A DNA stretch of 64,000 nt, from positions 31,248,001-31,312,000 of the forward strand of contig NC_043000.1 of NCBI RefSeq assembly GCF_006345805.1, read 5' to 3'. Source of the stretch: Octopus sinensis (Eukaryota). Of this stretch, positions 51,610 through 64,000 are shown one piece after another. Each line of letters starts with the position of its first letter. Within the stretch, counting starts at the first letter, position 1. The notes under the pieces are model-generated. The model was given only the letters and a program-made list of their open reading frames with translations, was not told the origin of the DNA and searched no databases. The translations under genes were made by a program, and so were the position numbers.

Positions 51610-54019
51610 ACTCACAGCATGTAGATCAGACTAGAGACCACACTCACAGTAAACACAGACACAACCGAAACAACAACATGGCCATCACCACTACAGTCAA
51701 GAAAGTAAATCAAACAATACCAACACAAAACACTCAACTTCGTACTTATGAGGAGGGACAATGAAGAACTGATGGCACTCGTACCACAAAACATTGAATT
51801 TGAAACAGGGGTGGGGTGGGGTTTCGTGATTTTCGAATCGAGCACATTTCTCGTACCAGAAGATTTGCTTCTGGTGCGAATGTCGCTCGATTCCTACACA
51901 AAAATTCGAGAGAGCTTTCCTGGGGGCGTAGGAACCGCGAACGTGAAACGTACATCGAAACTCTTAAAAGGGTTTCCAAAAATACCTCACCAATTATGGA
52001 AGTCGAACCACTCGACCTTCACAAGACACCGGGAGGTAAGTAAACCTTTCTCTTCTCCCTTTAGCTTGCTAACATGGCCATATTAAGAGTAGGAATTTTA
52101 AATGTTCGAAGCCTGGGGTCGCCCTGGAAGCAAGGGCGGCTGCACAACGATCACAAATCTTTAGAATTGGATATAATTGCTGTCAGGGAGACCGGATTTC
52201 CAATACACGCGCACTGCCCCCCGTGTTCGACGGTTATCAGACCTTTGCATCTGTTAGTCGGCCGGGAATGAGAGGTTGAGTGGAAGTGCTGTTTAGGAAA
52301 GAACTGGATCTCGAGGTAGAGTCGATCTTCCGGGACCCGGACGGGAAGTTGGTAATCCTGGATGTGAGCAATAGTGAAGGTGGTATCTTTAGACTGGTGG
52401 TCGTCTACACCCCTACCAGAGCCAAACGGCCGGATTTCTTTGGTCGTCTGGAAGCCTTTCTAGATACGTCTCGCCCTTTACTGTTAGTGTGGGACTGGAA
52501 CAGAATCTTAGACCCAATGTTGGGATTGTGTGGGAGTAGCTGATAGAAGGTGTGTGTGCAAAAGCCTCAAGAACCTGATCAGCCAGTTCCAACCGTCTGA
52601 CAGGTACCGACGAGATTTCCCTAATGCACCAGTGTGAACCTAGACCAACCGCTTAGGGGCATCTAGATCGTATATAGATAGGATTTTCACTAGGAAAATA
52701 GATAGTAGTAATGTAGGATGTCCACTTTTTAAAACTGTCGTCTATTCAAATCATAAGTTTGCCATCTGTACGGTCGACCCAGGTGCTGGAAGCTGAACAT
52801 GTCGTTTCCGGCACGTAAGGCTTACAGGGATCGGGTCAAGAGTTTAGTTAAGCAGACGTTGACAGTGGGGTCGTCAACAACATGTGGTGGGCGGCTCTCA
52901 AAAGAGAGATTCGAGTAATATCGATAGGGGTTAGCAAAGAAGTAGCGTTGGAGCACTCCTCTTCAAATTCTTGTGGAAGGGACAGGTTCCATTGGTGAGG
53001 CAGTATATCCTCCACGCGGAGGTCTGGGCATGTGCTGAGGCTGTGACATCTCCAGATACTCTGCCTAAACGGTGAACAGGTGTGGTCGCCGTTTGTCAAA
53101 CAGGCCTTTCCCTAGCGCGTCTCCCTGACTGAACTGCAGTCCTGGGTTAAGAAGAGACCTAGACAGGATGACTGGCATCTGGAATGTTGCCAGGCACTCA
53201 CTGTCTTCTACCAGTCGGGCATCTCGAGTTCTATAGAGGGTTAGTGAAGGGAAAATGTTATGATGCACTCGGGGAGGTGCTAGGCGTCGGCGAAGTCGAA
53301 CTGACCAGTCTGTCCCTGAGGACTTTTGAGCCGGGGACGATAGATAACTTCCATAAATGCGTGCAGAGCGATGAAACTGTTCTGCACGAACTCGTCCAGT
53401 GTCTGTGCATTACTGACTTGTGGAGTTATGTTTAACAGCTGTTATCACGTATAGGACGGATCTGGCTATCGGCCAAGTCGATAGTGAAGATCGATCCACC
53501 ACATTCCATTGGTCCGGAAGGGCATGCAATTTTCCTCTGCCTGATAGCAGTAGCGAATGAGGTTGTATGGTAGACCAGGTTGAAACGGCTGAAGACAGAC
53601 ACTTTTCTCTTCGGCCAATCCCCCATCAGCATTTTTCAAATTTCACTTAGAACTGAGAAGGAGGGTGGCGAGAGAAGTGCTACCCACCCGTACATTTGCT
53701 AAAAGGTGGGTGAATATAGCAAAAATGGCCTATGTGAGTGGACCAACTCTAATAATGCGTCTGTAGGCTAGTGAATGTGAGAAGGAGAAGGGTGCCCTTC
53801 ACGGGTGCCCTCGAAGCGTCGAGTGGTTCAGGGTTGTTGGGGGTACCTGAGCCAATCTCAGGTGGTTACCCATTATCGGGGAACTTTCATTGTTATATTG
53901 TTCTTGTTTGATTTTATTGTTATCGTTTTAATTGTGAACTTGTTTTGTGTAGAACCCCACTGTCCACTTCTACTGTATTGTCCCCTGTATGTCGGCCTTG
54001 GTGGCCAACAAATGAAAGA

Positions 54020-54020
<1 letters not shown>
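51610..54020 (+). pseudogene. L1/Tx1-like LINE, internally deleted (RT missing)
   Basis: ORF1-like remnant at 51748; APE motifs ILNVRSL, DIIAVRET, DPDGKLVILDV, VYTP, DWNRILD, WKLN; jumps at ~52955 to LFKFLWKG; Cys/His C-terminal C..DETVLH...C...LWSYV; 3' UTR to AATGAAAGAA. Confidence 0.87.
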
Positions 54021-54082
<62 letters not shown>

Positions 54083-54190
54083 TGATGGAAACTCTCAGCT
54101 TATTTTGCTGGGTATCATGCAAAGTGTTAGTTGTCCAAGGCCAGCAGACTAAGTTGACACTTGTTTACTGGTGATGCTTCAAGAACCTTG
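54083..54190 (-). mobile_element. ~110-bp 3' tip of R4/Dong-like family 2
   Basis: Matches 6350-6460; (TTA)n on both sides. Confidence 0.88.
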
Positions 54191-54317
54191 TTATTATTAT
54201 TATTATTGTTGTTGAAGTTGTTGTTGTTGTTGTTGTCGTCGTCGTTGTTGTTGTTGTTAACGCTGTTGTTGTTGTTGATGATGTTGATGATGCTGTTGTT
54301 TTTGTTGTTGTTGCTGT

Positions 54318-54478
54318 GGCGGTGTGCTGGCAGAATCACGCGGACAAAAGGCTTAGTAGCAATCCTTCCGGCTCTTTACATTCTGTGCTGTAATTCTCCC
54401 AAAGCCACCTTTGCCTTTTTTTCTTTTCGGGGTCGATAAAGTAAAGTACCAGTCACATACCTGAAGATCAATGACTGA
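54318..54478 (+). mobile_element. Degenerate SINE family A
   Basis: TGGCAGAATC head and TTTCGGGGTCGATAAAGTAAAGTACCAG core. Confidence 0.7.
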
Positions 54479-54976
54479 AAAGAGCAAAAAAAAAAATCAA
54501 AGATAAAAATATAGGTCTCCGCAGTGCTCTACAATTTTCCCAGTCACTTGTTTGGTCGCCTTCGCAGTTTTCCTCTCTTAATTGAATCAATGCCACGAGC
54601 AGAACAATTGATTTATTTGCGAAAGTTGTGATGAAAACGGAAGAAAAAAAAATCCATCCCATTTCATCTCCATTTCCATGAAGAATAACTACCTCAATCT
54701 ACAGAAAGGAATATGGAATCTTGGGGCAGATATTCGATAATGCTAATGACATTCTTGTGGCTACCATAATTTTTCAGGGTTCATTTTTCAGAATATTGAT
54801 TAAGATCATCAAAGAATTTCTGAAAATCACTAAGACTTTTCTATAAGCACTTTCCTCAACAAAACGGAGCCGATGCGTAGGCAGAAGAATATAATAATAT
54901 AAATTCTATCTCTCTAACTGCTTGTCTGTGTATGTATATGTACATATTTACGTATACATACAAATGCATATATACT

Positions 54977-55022
<46 letters not shown>

Positions 55023-55109
55023 AGTAAATATACATATATATATATATACATATATATGTATATCATATACATATATATAATATTTAATATATATATATTA
55101 TATAATAAT

Positions 55110-55116
55110 CTTTATC

Positions 55117-55155
<39 letters not shown>

Positions 55156-55240
55156 GTCTGTCTGTATATCTATTTACCTATCTATCTGTCTGTCTGTCTA
55201 TCTACCTATCTATCTGTCTGTCTGTCTATCTACCTATCTA

Positions 55241-55335
<95 letters not shown>
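55110..55335. repeat. (TATC)n/(TGTC)n
   Basis: Directly visible. Confidence 0.96.
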
Positions 55336-56103
55336 GAGCGTTTATGTGTGTATGCATGTACTTGCACACATAAAAAGGCAATTTATTCCCCAACTGCAAT
55401 AATAGAAGTGCTATTTCGGAAATGAAACAAACAGATTGATATTTACAATTTCAACACCGCCAAAATTGTTTCGGGGGGCGGGGGCACGCCTCGCTGGTTT
55501 GCCAAGGGAAGGCAACTGTGAAACATCGGTTGTCAACAAATTGTTAGTTTGTTTATGCTTACAATTTGTTGATGACATCATTAATTAGTTTGGCTGGAAG
55601 TAATTGATGGAACGATAGTGTCGATTTCATGAAACATCAGAGTCGGCTGGTTCCAGAGCAAGTGAGGTACACACACATGCGTATGTGCGCGCGTACGCCT
55701 CCCACATATATGTATGTATATGTGCGTGTGTGTTTATGTATGTATGTATATATGTATGTACATATATGTGTATGTGTGCATGCGTGCGCGGACGTATGTA
55801 TATTATAGGAATATTAACGATAATAAATATATGAATAAATAAGGAATATGCAAATGGACGCATGGGAAACGCACAACAAATATATTAGTGGCTGGAAATA
55901 TGCCAAAGAGAAGTCTGTGCACACATTCAGTTCCTCCCCCACTTGTGTGTGTGTGTAGGTGTGTATGTTTTTGTGTCAAATTGTATGTGTACGTTTGCAA
56001 CGATGCATATGCGCATTGTAAAATAGGAGAAAAAGTGATAAAAATGTAGCAGAAAGAATTTTAGTTCGTAAGCAAGAGAGAGAAAGAGAGAACGAGAGAG
56101 ATG

Positions 56104-56151
<48 letters not shown>

Positions 56152-57041
56152 AAATTGACAAAGAACATAAAAACTGGAAAAAAAGAAAAAAAATCTCGTC
56201 AAGGAATTCCTAAATGTAATTGGGTATACTAGCAGTTGTGTTCGCCATGTTGAACCGTGGATCTGCGGTTATTAATGGACGTTGAGCAGTGAATAATTAC
56301 ATCAAAACTATTTCAGAGCAAAATCAATGTTGGGAAGAAATTGCAGCAATAAGAATCGGCAAGTTTTGTAGTCACATATTTTCTCTAAGCTTTATGTCTC
56401 CACCTCCATCTCTCCCCCCCCCCCCAATTCCTACCCAAACTATAATGATAGTTGTTAACAAAAGACAGTAGCTATTGATTTTAGTTTCATGTCTTGCTAA
56501 CATCTCATACGAACAGAAATTATCTCCACAATATTTACTTTCTCTTTCTTTTAATCTTTGCGACTTATGAATATTTTCTCTCTCTCTCCATTTCTTTCTT
56601 GGGAACTCTGCTGTCATTTTCATTTGGCATCTTTTCTAGTTATGCCCCCATTTTTCAGGCAGTTGCCTTATTTCCTTATTTAAAAAAAATTTTTGTTTGG
56701 CTTTTTTTACGTAGTTACTTTCCTCGTCCGTACTTGAAACAGCTACAGTTTTGACTTGCATTCAATTCAACACGCAAACAAACAAACACCACACACACAG
56801 ACACATTAAATGATTTCAAAATATCACTATTTCGTTTCACTTCATTTTTACAACTAATATTGCTCAACGCCAATACACACCAGCCGGTCTTGACTCCATT
56901 TATGCGAATCCTCAAACAACGAATCGGAGTAGTTTGTTACATTTGACACAAGTCGAACACTCTGGTACCGTGCACCACTTCTTAACATGACATGTAATAT
57001 ACATATATATATACATATATATATATAAATATAAAGAGCAA

Positions 57042-57074
<33 letters not shown>

Positions 57075-57076
<2 letters not shown>

Positions 57077-57533
57077 TCTCTACTCTTCTTTTACTTGTTG
57101 CAGTCATTTGACTGCGGCCTTGCTGGAGCACCGCCTTTAGTCGACCAATCGACTCCAGGACTTATTCTTTGTAAGCCTAGTACTTATTCTATCGTTCTCT
57201 TTTGCCGAACCGCTAAATTTACGGGACGTAAACACATCAGCATCGGTTGTCAAGCGGTGTTGGGGCGACAGAAACACAAACCACACACACACCCACACAC
57301 ACACACACAACACACACACCACACACACACACACACACCACACACATACACACATATATATATATAATATAATATATATATATATGTATATCCACGACGG
57401 GCTTCTTTCAGTTTCTATCTACCAATCCACTCACAAGGCTTTGGTTGGCCCGAGGCTATAGTAGAAGACACTTGCCCAAGGTGCCACATAGTGGGACTGA
57501 ACCCGGAGCCATGTGGTTGGTAAGCGAGCTACC
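57075..57533 (-). mobile_element. SINE family B, near full-length
   Basis: Head, internal microsatellite, tail. Confidence 0.9.
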
Positions 57534-58045
57534 TATTTTTTATCAGTTGGATACATTAATATAATTTGACTAAAATTCTCTAATAGAGCAAGAAGAAGAA
57601 AAGTGTCCATGTTGCTACTTATGTAGCTTAGAATATATTACACTTCTAAGAAGTGCATGAAGTTTGTTAGAGTCATAGCTTATAAAGGATTGTGGTTCAT
57701 TTTTAATTTATTAGTCTTTTTTATCAACTACCAAATCTAAGGCTAGAGGACAGTGTCTGTTTAGAATGGATAGACAGAGTGAGTTGACAGTTTATTGTTG
57801 GGTATGATCATCAATATTCTCAGGATTTTAGGATTTGTATAAGTAATTGTCCATTAAGAAGGTTGGGTAGGAGAAGACCCCAAATCAATATATTAATTAC
57901 CAGTTAAAGGAGTAAGATGCTAATAAAACCTATGATGTTAATACAGAGGAAATTATCGTGGGGGTAATATGGATGATTGTATATAAACTATATTGTTCTT
58001 GTATAAAGATAAAATTATATTTATATATATATATATATATATATA

Positions 58046-58204
58046 TGATGGGCTTTATTCAGTTTCAGTCTACCAAATCCACTCCCAAGGCTTCGGTCGG
58101 CCGAAGGCTATAGTAGAAGACACTTGCCAAAGGTGCCACGCAGTGCGACTGAACCCGTAACCATGTGGTTGAAAAGCAAGCTTCTTACCACACAGCCACT
58201 CCTG
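58046..58204 (-). mobile_element. SINE family B head and CORE-like half
   Basis: Homology ends in (TA)n. Confidence 0.88.
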
Positions 58205-58298
58205 TATATATTTGTATGTATGTATGTATGTATGTATGTATGTATGCATACATGCATGCATGTATGTATGTCTGTATATATATATATATATATAGGTA

Positions 58299-58604
58299 CT
58301 ACTAGCGAACAGTGGTCCCGGTGCGCGCACTCGCGCATCCGCGCTTGCTAGTCGTAAGTAGTCGATCCTACAATGACTTGCGCGTATGTTTGTATTTCAA
58401 GGTTGAATGCATATCAAAGAAAATTAAATAATATTTTTCGAACAAAGTAAATAAAACGCAAAGTAAATCATTTTGAAAACTAAGTAAATAAATAATTTTT
58501 ATAAACAAACTAAGGTTAGGGTTAGGGTTAAAAAGTCGTTGTAGGATCGACTACTTACGACTAGCTAGCACGGATGCGCGCACCGAGACCACTGTTCGCT
58601 AGTA

Positions 58605-58605
<1 letters not shown>
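58299..58605. mobile_element. MITE with ~75-bp TIRs, TA flanks and internal TTAGGG repeats
   Basis: CTACTAGCGAACAGTGGTC...GATCCTACAATGACTT mirrored at 58533-58605; GGTTAGGGTTAGGGTTA at ~58514. Confidence 0.92.
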
Positions 58606-58644
<39 letters not shown>

Positions 58645-58680
58645 TACATCCAATAGTTAAGAAATGGAATAGATAAAATC

Positions 58681-59121
58681 TGGGCTACATATGTTTCATA
58701 GCGAGCGGAACCGCAGAAGTAGTGGGGATGGAAGCACTCCGTCGGTTACGACGACGAGGGTTCCGGTTGATCCGATCAACGGAACAGCCTGCTCGTGAAA
58801 TTAACGTGTAAGTGGCTGAGCACTCCACAGACACGTGTACCCTTAACGTAGTTCTCGGGGATATTCAGCGTGACACAGAGAGTGACAAGGCCGGCCCTTT
58901 GAAATACAGGTACAACAGAAACAGGAAGTAAGAGTGAGAGAAAGTTGTGGTGAAAGAGCACAGCAGGGATCACCACCATCCCTGCCGGAGCCTCGTGGAG
59001 CTTTAGGTGTTTTCGCTCAATAAACACTCACAACGCCCGGTCTGGGAATCGAAACCGCGATCCTCGCAGAAGTAGTAAATATCCAAGCAAGGTGTTTAGC
59101 ACTGGCTACACTTCAGGCCGA
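58681..59121 (-). ncRNA. Hammerhead-like motif split by a SINE C insertion in loop II
   Basis: With the insert removed: TCGGC-CTGAAGT-GTAGC[~50 nt]GCTAT-GAAAC-ATAT-GTA^GCCCA. Confidence 0.55.
58724..59064 (-). mobile_element. SINE family C with a 12-bp TSD
   Basis: CGCAGAAGTAGT at 58712 and 59065; B-box-like GGTTTCGATTCCC at the minus-strand 5' end. Confidence 0.88.
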
Positions 59122-59385
59122 ATTTATTTTGATTAGATGAAGTCTTAATTTGTCGTTTGGAGGACACGGAAGATTTTATCACAATGCGTAGAGAGCACAG
59201 TTTGAGTGGAGGATATAATGTGTAAAGAGAAATTAGGAATATAAGAAACAAAAATTAGGAATATAAGAACAAAAATAAGAACAAAAATATATAAGAGAGT
59301 GGGAGAGTTACAAGTAAAAAAATTAAGCAGGGTCATTTCACAGATGGTTTTCAATAGGGCTATTTCGGCCGAGTCAGAGAGAGAG

Positions 59386-59757
59386 AATTTCTTTATTCAC
59401 CATAAGGTTGAGAAAAAGAGGGGACGATACGAGAACAGACAAAACAAACGTTGGGGTCAGGGTATCGAATGAAACGAAACGTATGAATAAACAAACAATT
59501 AAAATACATACGATTAAATGAGAATGAGTGATTAACAAAAAATGAAGCGGAGGACGAGGTCGACCCCCAAAACCACATACTCACACTGAAGACTTTGCTT
59601 TCTCCTTTTTTACATTCTCGTTTAAACAGGTTCTTTCACTCGCAACATACTTGCTATAGACTTCCATCTTTTACAAAACACACTTTGCGACAGGCATTTC
59701 TTCTCCAGCCTTATTTTCCGTTTCATGTGGAAAACGAATAAGTCGATTTCTCGAGAC

Positions 59758-59759
<2 letters not shown>
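59386..59759 (-). pseudogene. 3' end of an L1/Tx1-like LINE inserted in (GA)n
   Basis: FVFHMKRKIRLEKKCLSQSVFCKRWKSIASMLRV* plus a 3' UTR ending GGTGAATAAAGAAATT; GA repeats on both sides. Confidence 0.8.
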
Positions 59760-59851
<92 letters not shown>

Positions 59852-60126
59852 TAGAGAGTGGTATTTCAATAGGATAGTGTGGAGGAAAGGCGGAGGGGAG
59901 GTATTTGTGGTCGATTGGAAGAAAAATGTATGCTTGAAGAGAAAGTATATCAGTAAAAGTGAAAGTCTTGAGGAGAAGAAGAATGGTGGTAATGATTAAA
60001 ATCTAAATACTTTTAATTCGCCTTCCTCCACATCAGCTCCACTCCTTTGTAAACTTACAAGTACATACGCCTACATACAACTCTATGAGTTCATACAGTA
60101 CACACGCGCGTGTTCAACAATATATA

Positions 60127-60888
60127 TTTCTTTACTACTCACAAGGGGGTAAACATAGAGGGGCCAAACAAGGACAGGCAGAGGGATTAAGTCAATTACA
60201 TCGACCCAGTGCGAAACTAGTACTTTATTTATCGACCCCGAGAGGATGAAAGGCAAAGTCAACCTCGGCGGAATTTGAACTCAGAACGTAGCGGCAGACG
60301 AAATACCTATTTCTTTATTAGCCACAAGGGGCTAAACATAGATGGGACAAACAAGGACAGACATAGGTATTAAGTCGATTCTATCGATCCCAGTGCGTAA
60401 CTGGCACTTAATTTATCGACCCCGAAAGGATGAAAGGTAAAGTCGACCTCAGCGGAATTTGAACTCACAGCGTAACGACAGACGAAATGCTTATTTCTTT
60501 ATTACCCACAAGGGGCTAAACATAGAGGGGACAAACAAGGACAGACAGGTATTATTCAATTACATCGACCCCAGTGATAACTGGTACTTAATTTATCGAC
60601 CCCGAAAGGAGTGAAAGGCAAAGTCGACCTCGGCGTATTTGAACTCACCACGTAACGCAGACGAAATACCTATTTCTTTATTACCCACAAGGGGCTAAAC
60701 ACAGAGGGAACAAACAAGGACAGACATAGGTATTAAGTCAATTACATCGACCCCAGTGCGTAACTGGTACTTAATTTATCGACCCCGAAAGGATGAAAGG
60801 CAAAGTCGACCTCGGCGGTATTTGAACTCACAACGTAACGCAGACGAAATACCGCTAAGCATTTCGCCCGGCGCGCTAACGTTTCTGC
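60127..60888 (-). mobile_element. SINE family A tetramer (head plus four bodies)
   Basis: Junctions at ~60307, ~60490 and ~60670; head truncated within the A box. Confidence 0.92.
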
Positions 60889-60964
60889 CCGATTTCGTGC
60901 GCCGACCGACCGGCTGCACTCGTGCTCGATACCACTGCCGACGACCGAGAAATCGCTTCGGCCA

Positions 60965-61260
60965 TATTCCTTAATTCTTGGATTTTAGTCATTACCACCA
61001 TTCTTCTTCTTCTCCTCTAGACTTTCAATTTTGCTATTATACTTTCTTTTCAAGCATATATCTTTCTTCCTATCGATCACAAATTCCTCCCCAATTCATT
61101 CCACTCTATCATATTCAAACACCACTTTCTATTCCTCTCTCCGACTCGGCTAAAATAGCCCTATTGAAAGCCATCTGTGAAATGACCCTGCTTAAATTCT
61201 TAACTTGTAACTCTCCCACTCTCATATATATTTTTGTTCTTTTTTTCTTTTCTTGATGAA
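60965..61260. repeat. Inverted copy of the repeat at 59280-60020, lacking the LINE insertion
   Basis: Reverse complement reads ...GCCGAGTCGGAGAGAGGAATAG... uninterrupted. Confidence 0.85.
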
Positions 61261-61550
61261 ATATAAATATGAAGTTTCAAAAGAAACATATTTATATTAC
61301 CTTAAAATATAATTAAACGAAACGATTTCTCATTTACAATAAACATATTACTATTTTTATAAATTATGCCAACGTAATTGCAATCTACTCGATCAAAAAT
61401 CTATCTCTGCAAGATTTTATTAAAAATGTATATTTTTCAGAAAGTTATAAGACACTCTTTCTCCACCTCTTATGCTAAATCTTTCTTTTACCTTCTCTTC
61501 TTACCTCTCAATAAAATGTAAAGTGTGGCTGGAGAAACCCCCACCAACCA

Positions 61551-61602
<52 letters not shown>

Positions 61603-61705
61603 CACGAAAATATTTAGACAAATAAAATTTAAATGTTGAAGTGAATCTAACGGTTTTGGTGTGTTTCTTAAATGGCTTATAAACACCTTCCACGCTGCAA
61701 TTGTT

Positions 61706-61737
<32 letters not shown>

Positions 61738-62031
61738 TCATATAATATACATACCACACACACACAATATTATATACATACACGACACACACACAATAAT
61801 ATACAACACACACACCACATATAATACATACACACACACACACACATATATATTACACACACCAGCACACCCACCCATATATATACATACACACACACCC
61901 ACCACATATATATACATAACACACACACACACATATATATACATACACACACACACACAGACCCTATATATACCTACACAAACACACATATATATACATA
62001 CACACACACACACACACACATATATATACAT

Positions 62032-62087
<56 letters not shown>

Positions 62088-62107
62088 GATATGATAGGTC
62101 CAAAGAA

Positions 62108-62370
62108 CTGGGCTATATATGTTTCATACGGAGCGGTACCCCGCCAGTGGTAAATATCCAAGCGAAGTGTATACTGCAGGTCAATCTTAAGCCAAGGATA
62201 TCTTGATTTTGATTGAATCTTCCATGTGTTAGCATGTACCTCCCTGTGACACTGTAAACTTTCATTTAATCAAGATACCCTCGGCCTAAAGAGTAGCCTG
62301 CAGTATACACCTCGCTTGGATATTTACCACTTCTGAGGTTCCACTCGCTCTGAAACACATGTAGTCCGCA
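62108..62370. repeat. Inverted repeat of a hammerhead-bearing mini-element
   Basis: Left arm 62108-62208 matches the reverse complement of right arm 62268-62370. Confidence 0.85.
62281..62368 (+). ncRNA. Hammerhead-like motif, decayed; same family as 58681-59121
   Basis: TCGGC-CTAAAGA-GTAGC[~50 nt]GCTCT-GAAAC-ACAT-GTA^GTCCG. Confidence 0.55.
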
Positions 62371-62570
62371 TCTTATCTACTCCATTTCACAACTCTTGTA
62401 TTCTTATTCGCATACCCCACAACCCTGGTTGCCTAGTGGGAAATATAAAAAGAATTTTTTTCAATTTATCGTACTTCGATGAAAAAAAAAAAATCTACAA
62501 CCTTCCATTTCAATAAACCACTAATATTTGCTACGGCTTGCTTGGATAACTTTCTTCCTACACCCAATCC

Positions 62571-62602
<32 letters not shown>

Positions 62603-62869
62603 TGTGTGTGTATATATCTATTATATATATAGTAAATATATATATATATTATATATATGTGTGTGTGTGTGTGGGTTGTGTATATTAGATATATATATAT
62701 ATATATATATATGCATATATATAAATATATATATTTCTGTATGAGTTAGAGGTTGCGAAACCACTGAGAGATAGTACCTATCCAATATACTGTTGGTAAT
62801 AGTGTACCCAATTATTCATATCCAAGTGTTAGTTATTGCATGGCAATCTCGCAATTGGGTATTATATAC

Positions 62870-64000
62870 GGGTTTCAGACAGATCTAGTTTAGAAAAATT
62901 TTTTTCCACCATTTAACTTTGAAAAAATGTCCTCTGCAGTCGGGAGTGGGTTGTGGTATGCTTTTATGAAGTCGTCCAATCCTGTAGAGAAATCGGCACA
63001 CAGTCTACTCTTATTATTATTTTTAAATACATATCGTGGGTGCCGCCCACTTCGAGTAATCCACTTTTGGGATGACTCCACTCTTTTCGAGTCTGTCCAA
63101 CTCTTCATTTACGGTTTCAAATGTCTCGAACGGTATTTTTCTGTTTGCTTTAAATACAGGTACAGCGTTTTCACTTTCTTGGAAATAGGCTTCCGTCTTT
63201 CTACATTCTAAATACTGAATCGTCTGATAACACTTGCGGGAACATTTAAAAAAATGTTTTCTTCATATCTTCCGAAGACTTGTTTTTTACGAGACAACCA
63301 TTTATGTTATTGCAGTAAAGATTTATGGGGATGTACCATAAATTGAATAGTCCTAACCAATCTGTGCCAAACAAATTGACTATATTATCCACAACGAATA
63401 ATTTTGCTTCGCGTGTTTCTCCTCGAAATGTGACGTCGATACATATTTTGTCCATGAAATAAAATTTATCGCCCGTTACACCACGTGCTATTTTCGCTAT
63501 TTTACCAATTATTTTTCCAAGTATCCGCATTTATAAACAAGATGTCACTACCCGCGTTTAACTGTAATTTGGTATTTGCATCATTTATTTTTACGTGCAC
63601 GAATTTTCATGTTTTCCCATCACAGTCACTCTCCATTGAAAACACCTTTGAAATTTTTGTGTTTGAGCCTCGTAGTCTTGTTCTACAATGAGAACGGACA
63701 ATCCTTTTTATAGTGTAGGCCTCCACAAACATAACACAGATTGGAGCCTGACACTTTTATTGTGCTTTTCGGGACGACACATTTAAAGTTTTGCAGTCTT
63801 TATCTTGTATTTTTTTCACATTATGTTTAAGATTTATCATAGTTTGACAGTCTTCTGCGATGGTCTATAGAGATAAATCCTGGTTCGCTTGTTTCATTTT
63901 CGAGAGAATTCTTGCTCGAATTTCTATATCTTCTGATGCTGTAAATCCTTGCACGAAAATACGTGATTTGAACATATCCTGAGTGAGATCCTGGAGTTTG
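62870..64000 (-). pseudogene. Gypsy-type LTR retrotransposon gag-protease-RT relic, extends beyond the window
   Basis: Gag IFVQG..EIRARIL and knuckle CYVCGGLHYKKDC; protease LQLNAGSD (Asp to Asn) and NLFGTDWL; RT RLCADFSTGL..PLPTAEDIFSKLNGG..FSKLDLS. Confidence 0.9.

Overview
AT-rich, repeat-dominated eukaryotic DNA. The SINE repertoire and microsatellite load suggest a coleoid cephalopod, most likely Octopus (inference from recalled repeat families, not verified). I found no convincing host protein-coding gene: most listed ORFs are microsatellite artefacts, and every recognisable coding segment is transposon-derived. Mobile-element content: a near-intact, 5'-truncated R4/Dong-like non-LTR element (RT, CCHC finger, restriction-like endonuclease; one premature stop) inside a (TAA)n tract, plus other R4/Dong relics; L1/Tx1-like, CR1-like and Gypsy relics; two Penelope-like GIY-YIG fragments; mariner, Tc1, hAT-like and MITE elements; a composite Helitron; and several SINE families. 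Most interesting observations: (1) several type-I hammerhead-ribozyme-like motifs in non-coding Penelope/retrozyme-like mini-elements, repeatedly in divergent inverted pairs; (2) a tRNA-headed SINE that inserts as head-plus-concatemer multimers with a fixed junction and whose tail matches the 3' UTR of the L1/Tx1-like LINEs here; (3) a ~555-bp non-coding retroelement found only in (TAA)n tracts, with polar 5' truncations. All alignments and folds were done by eye.
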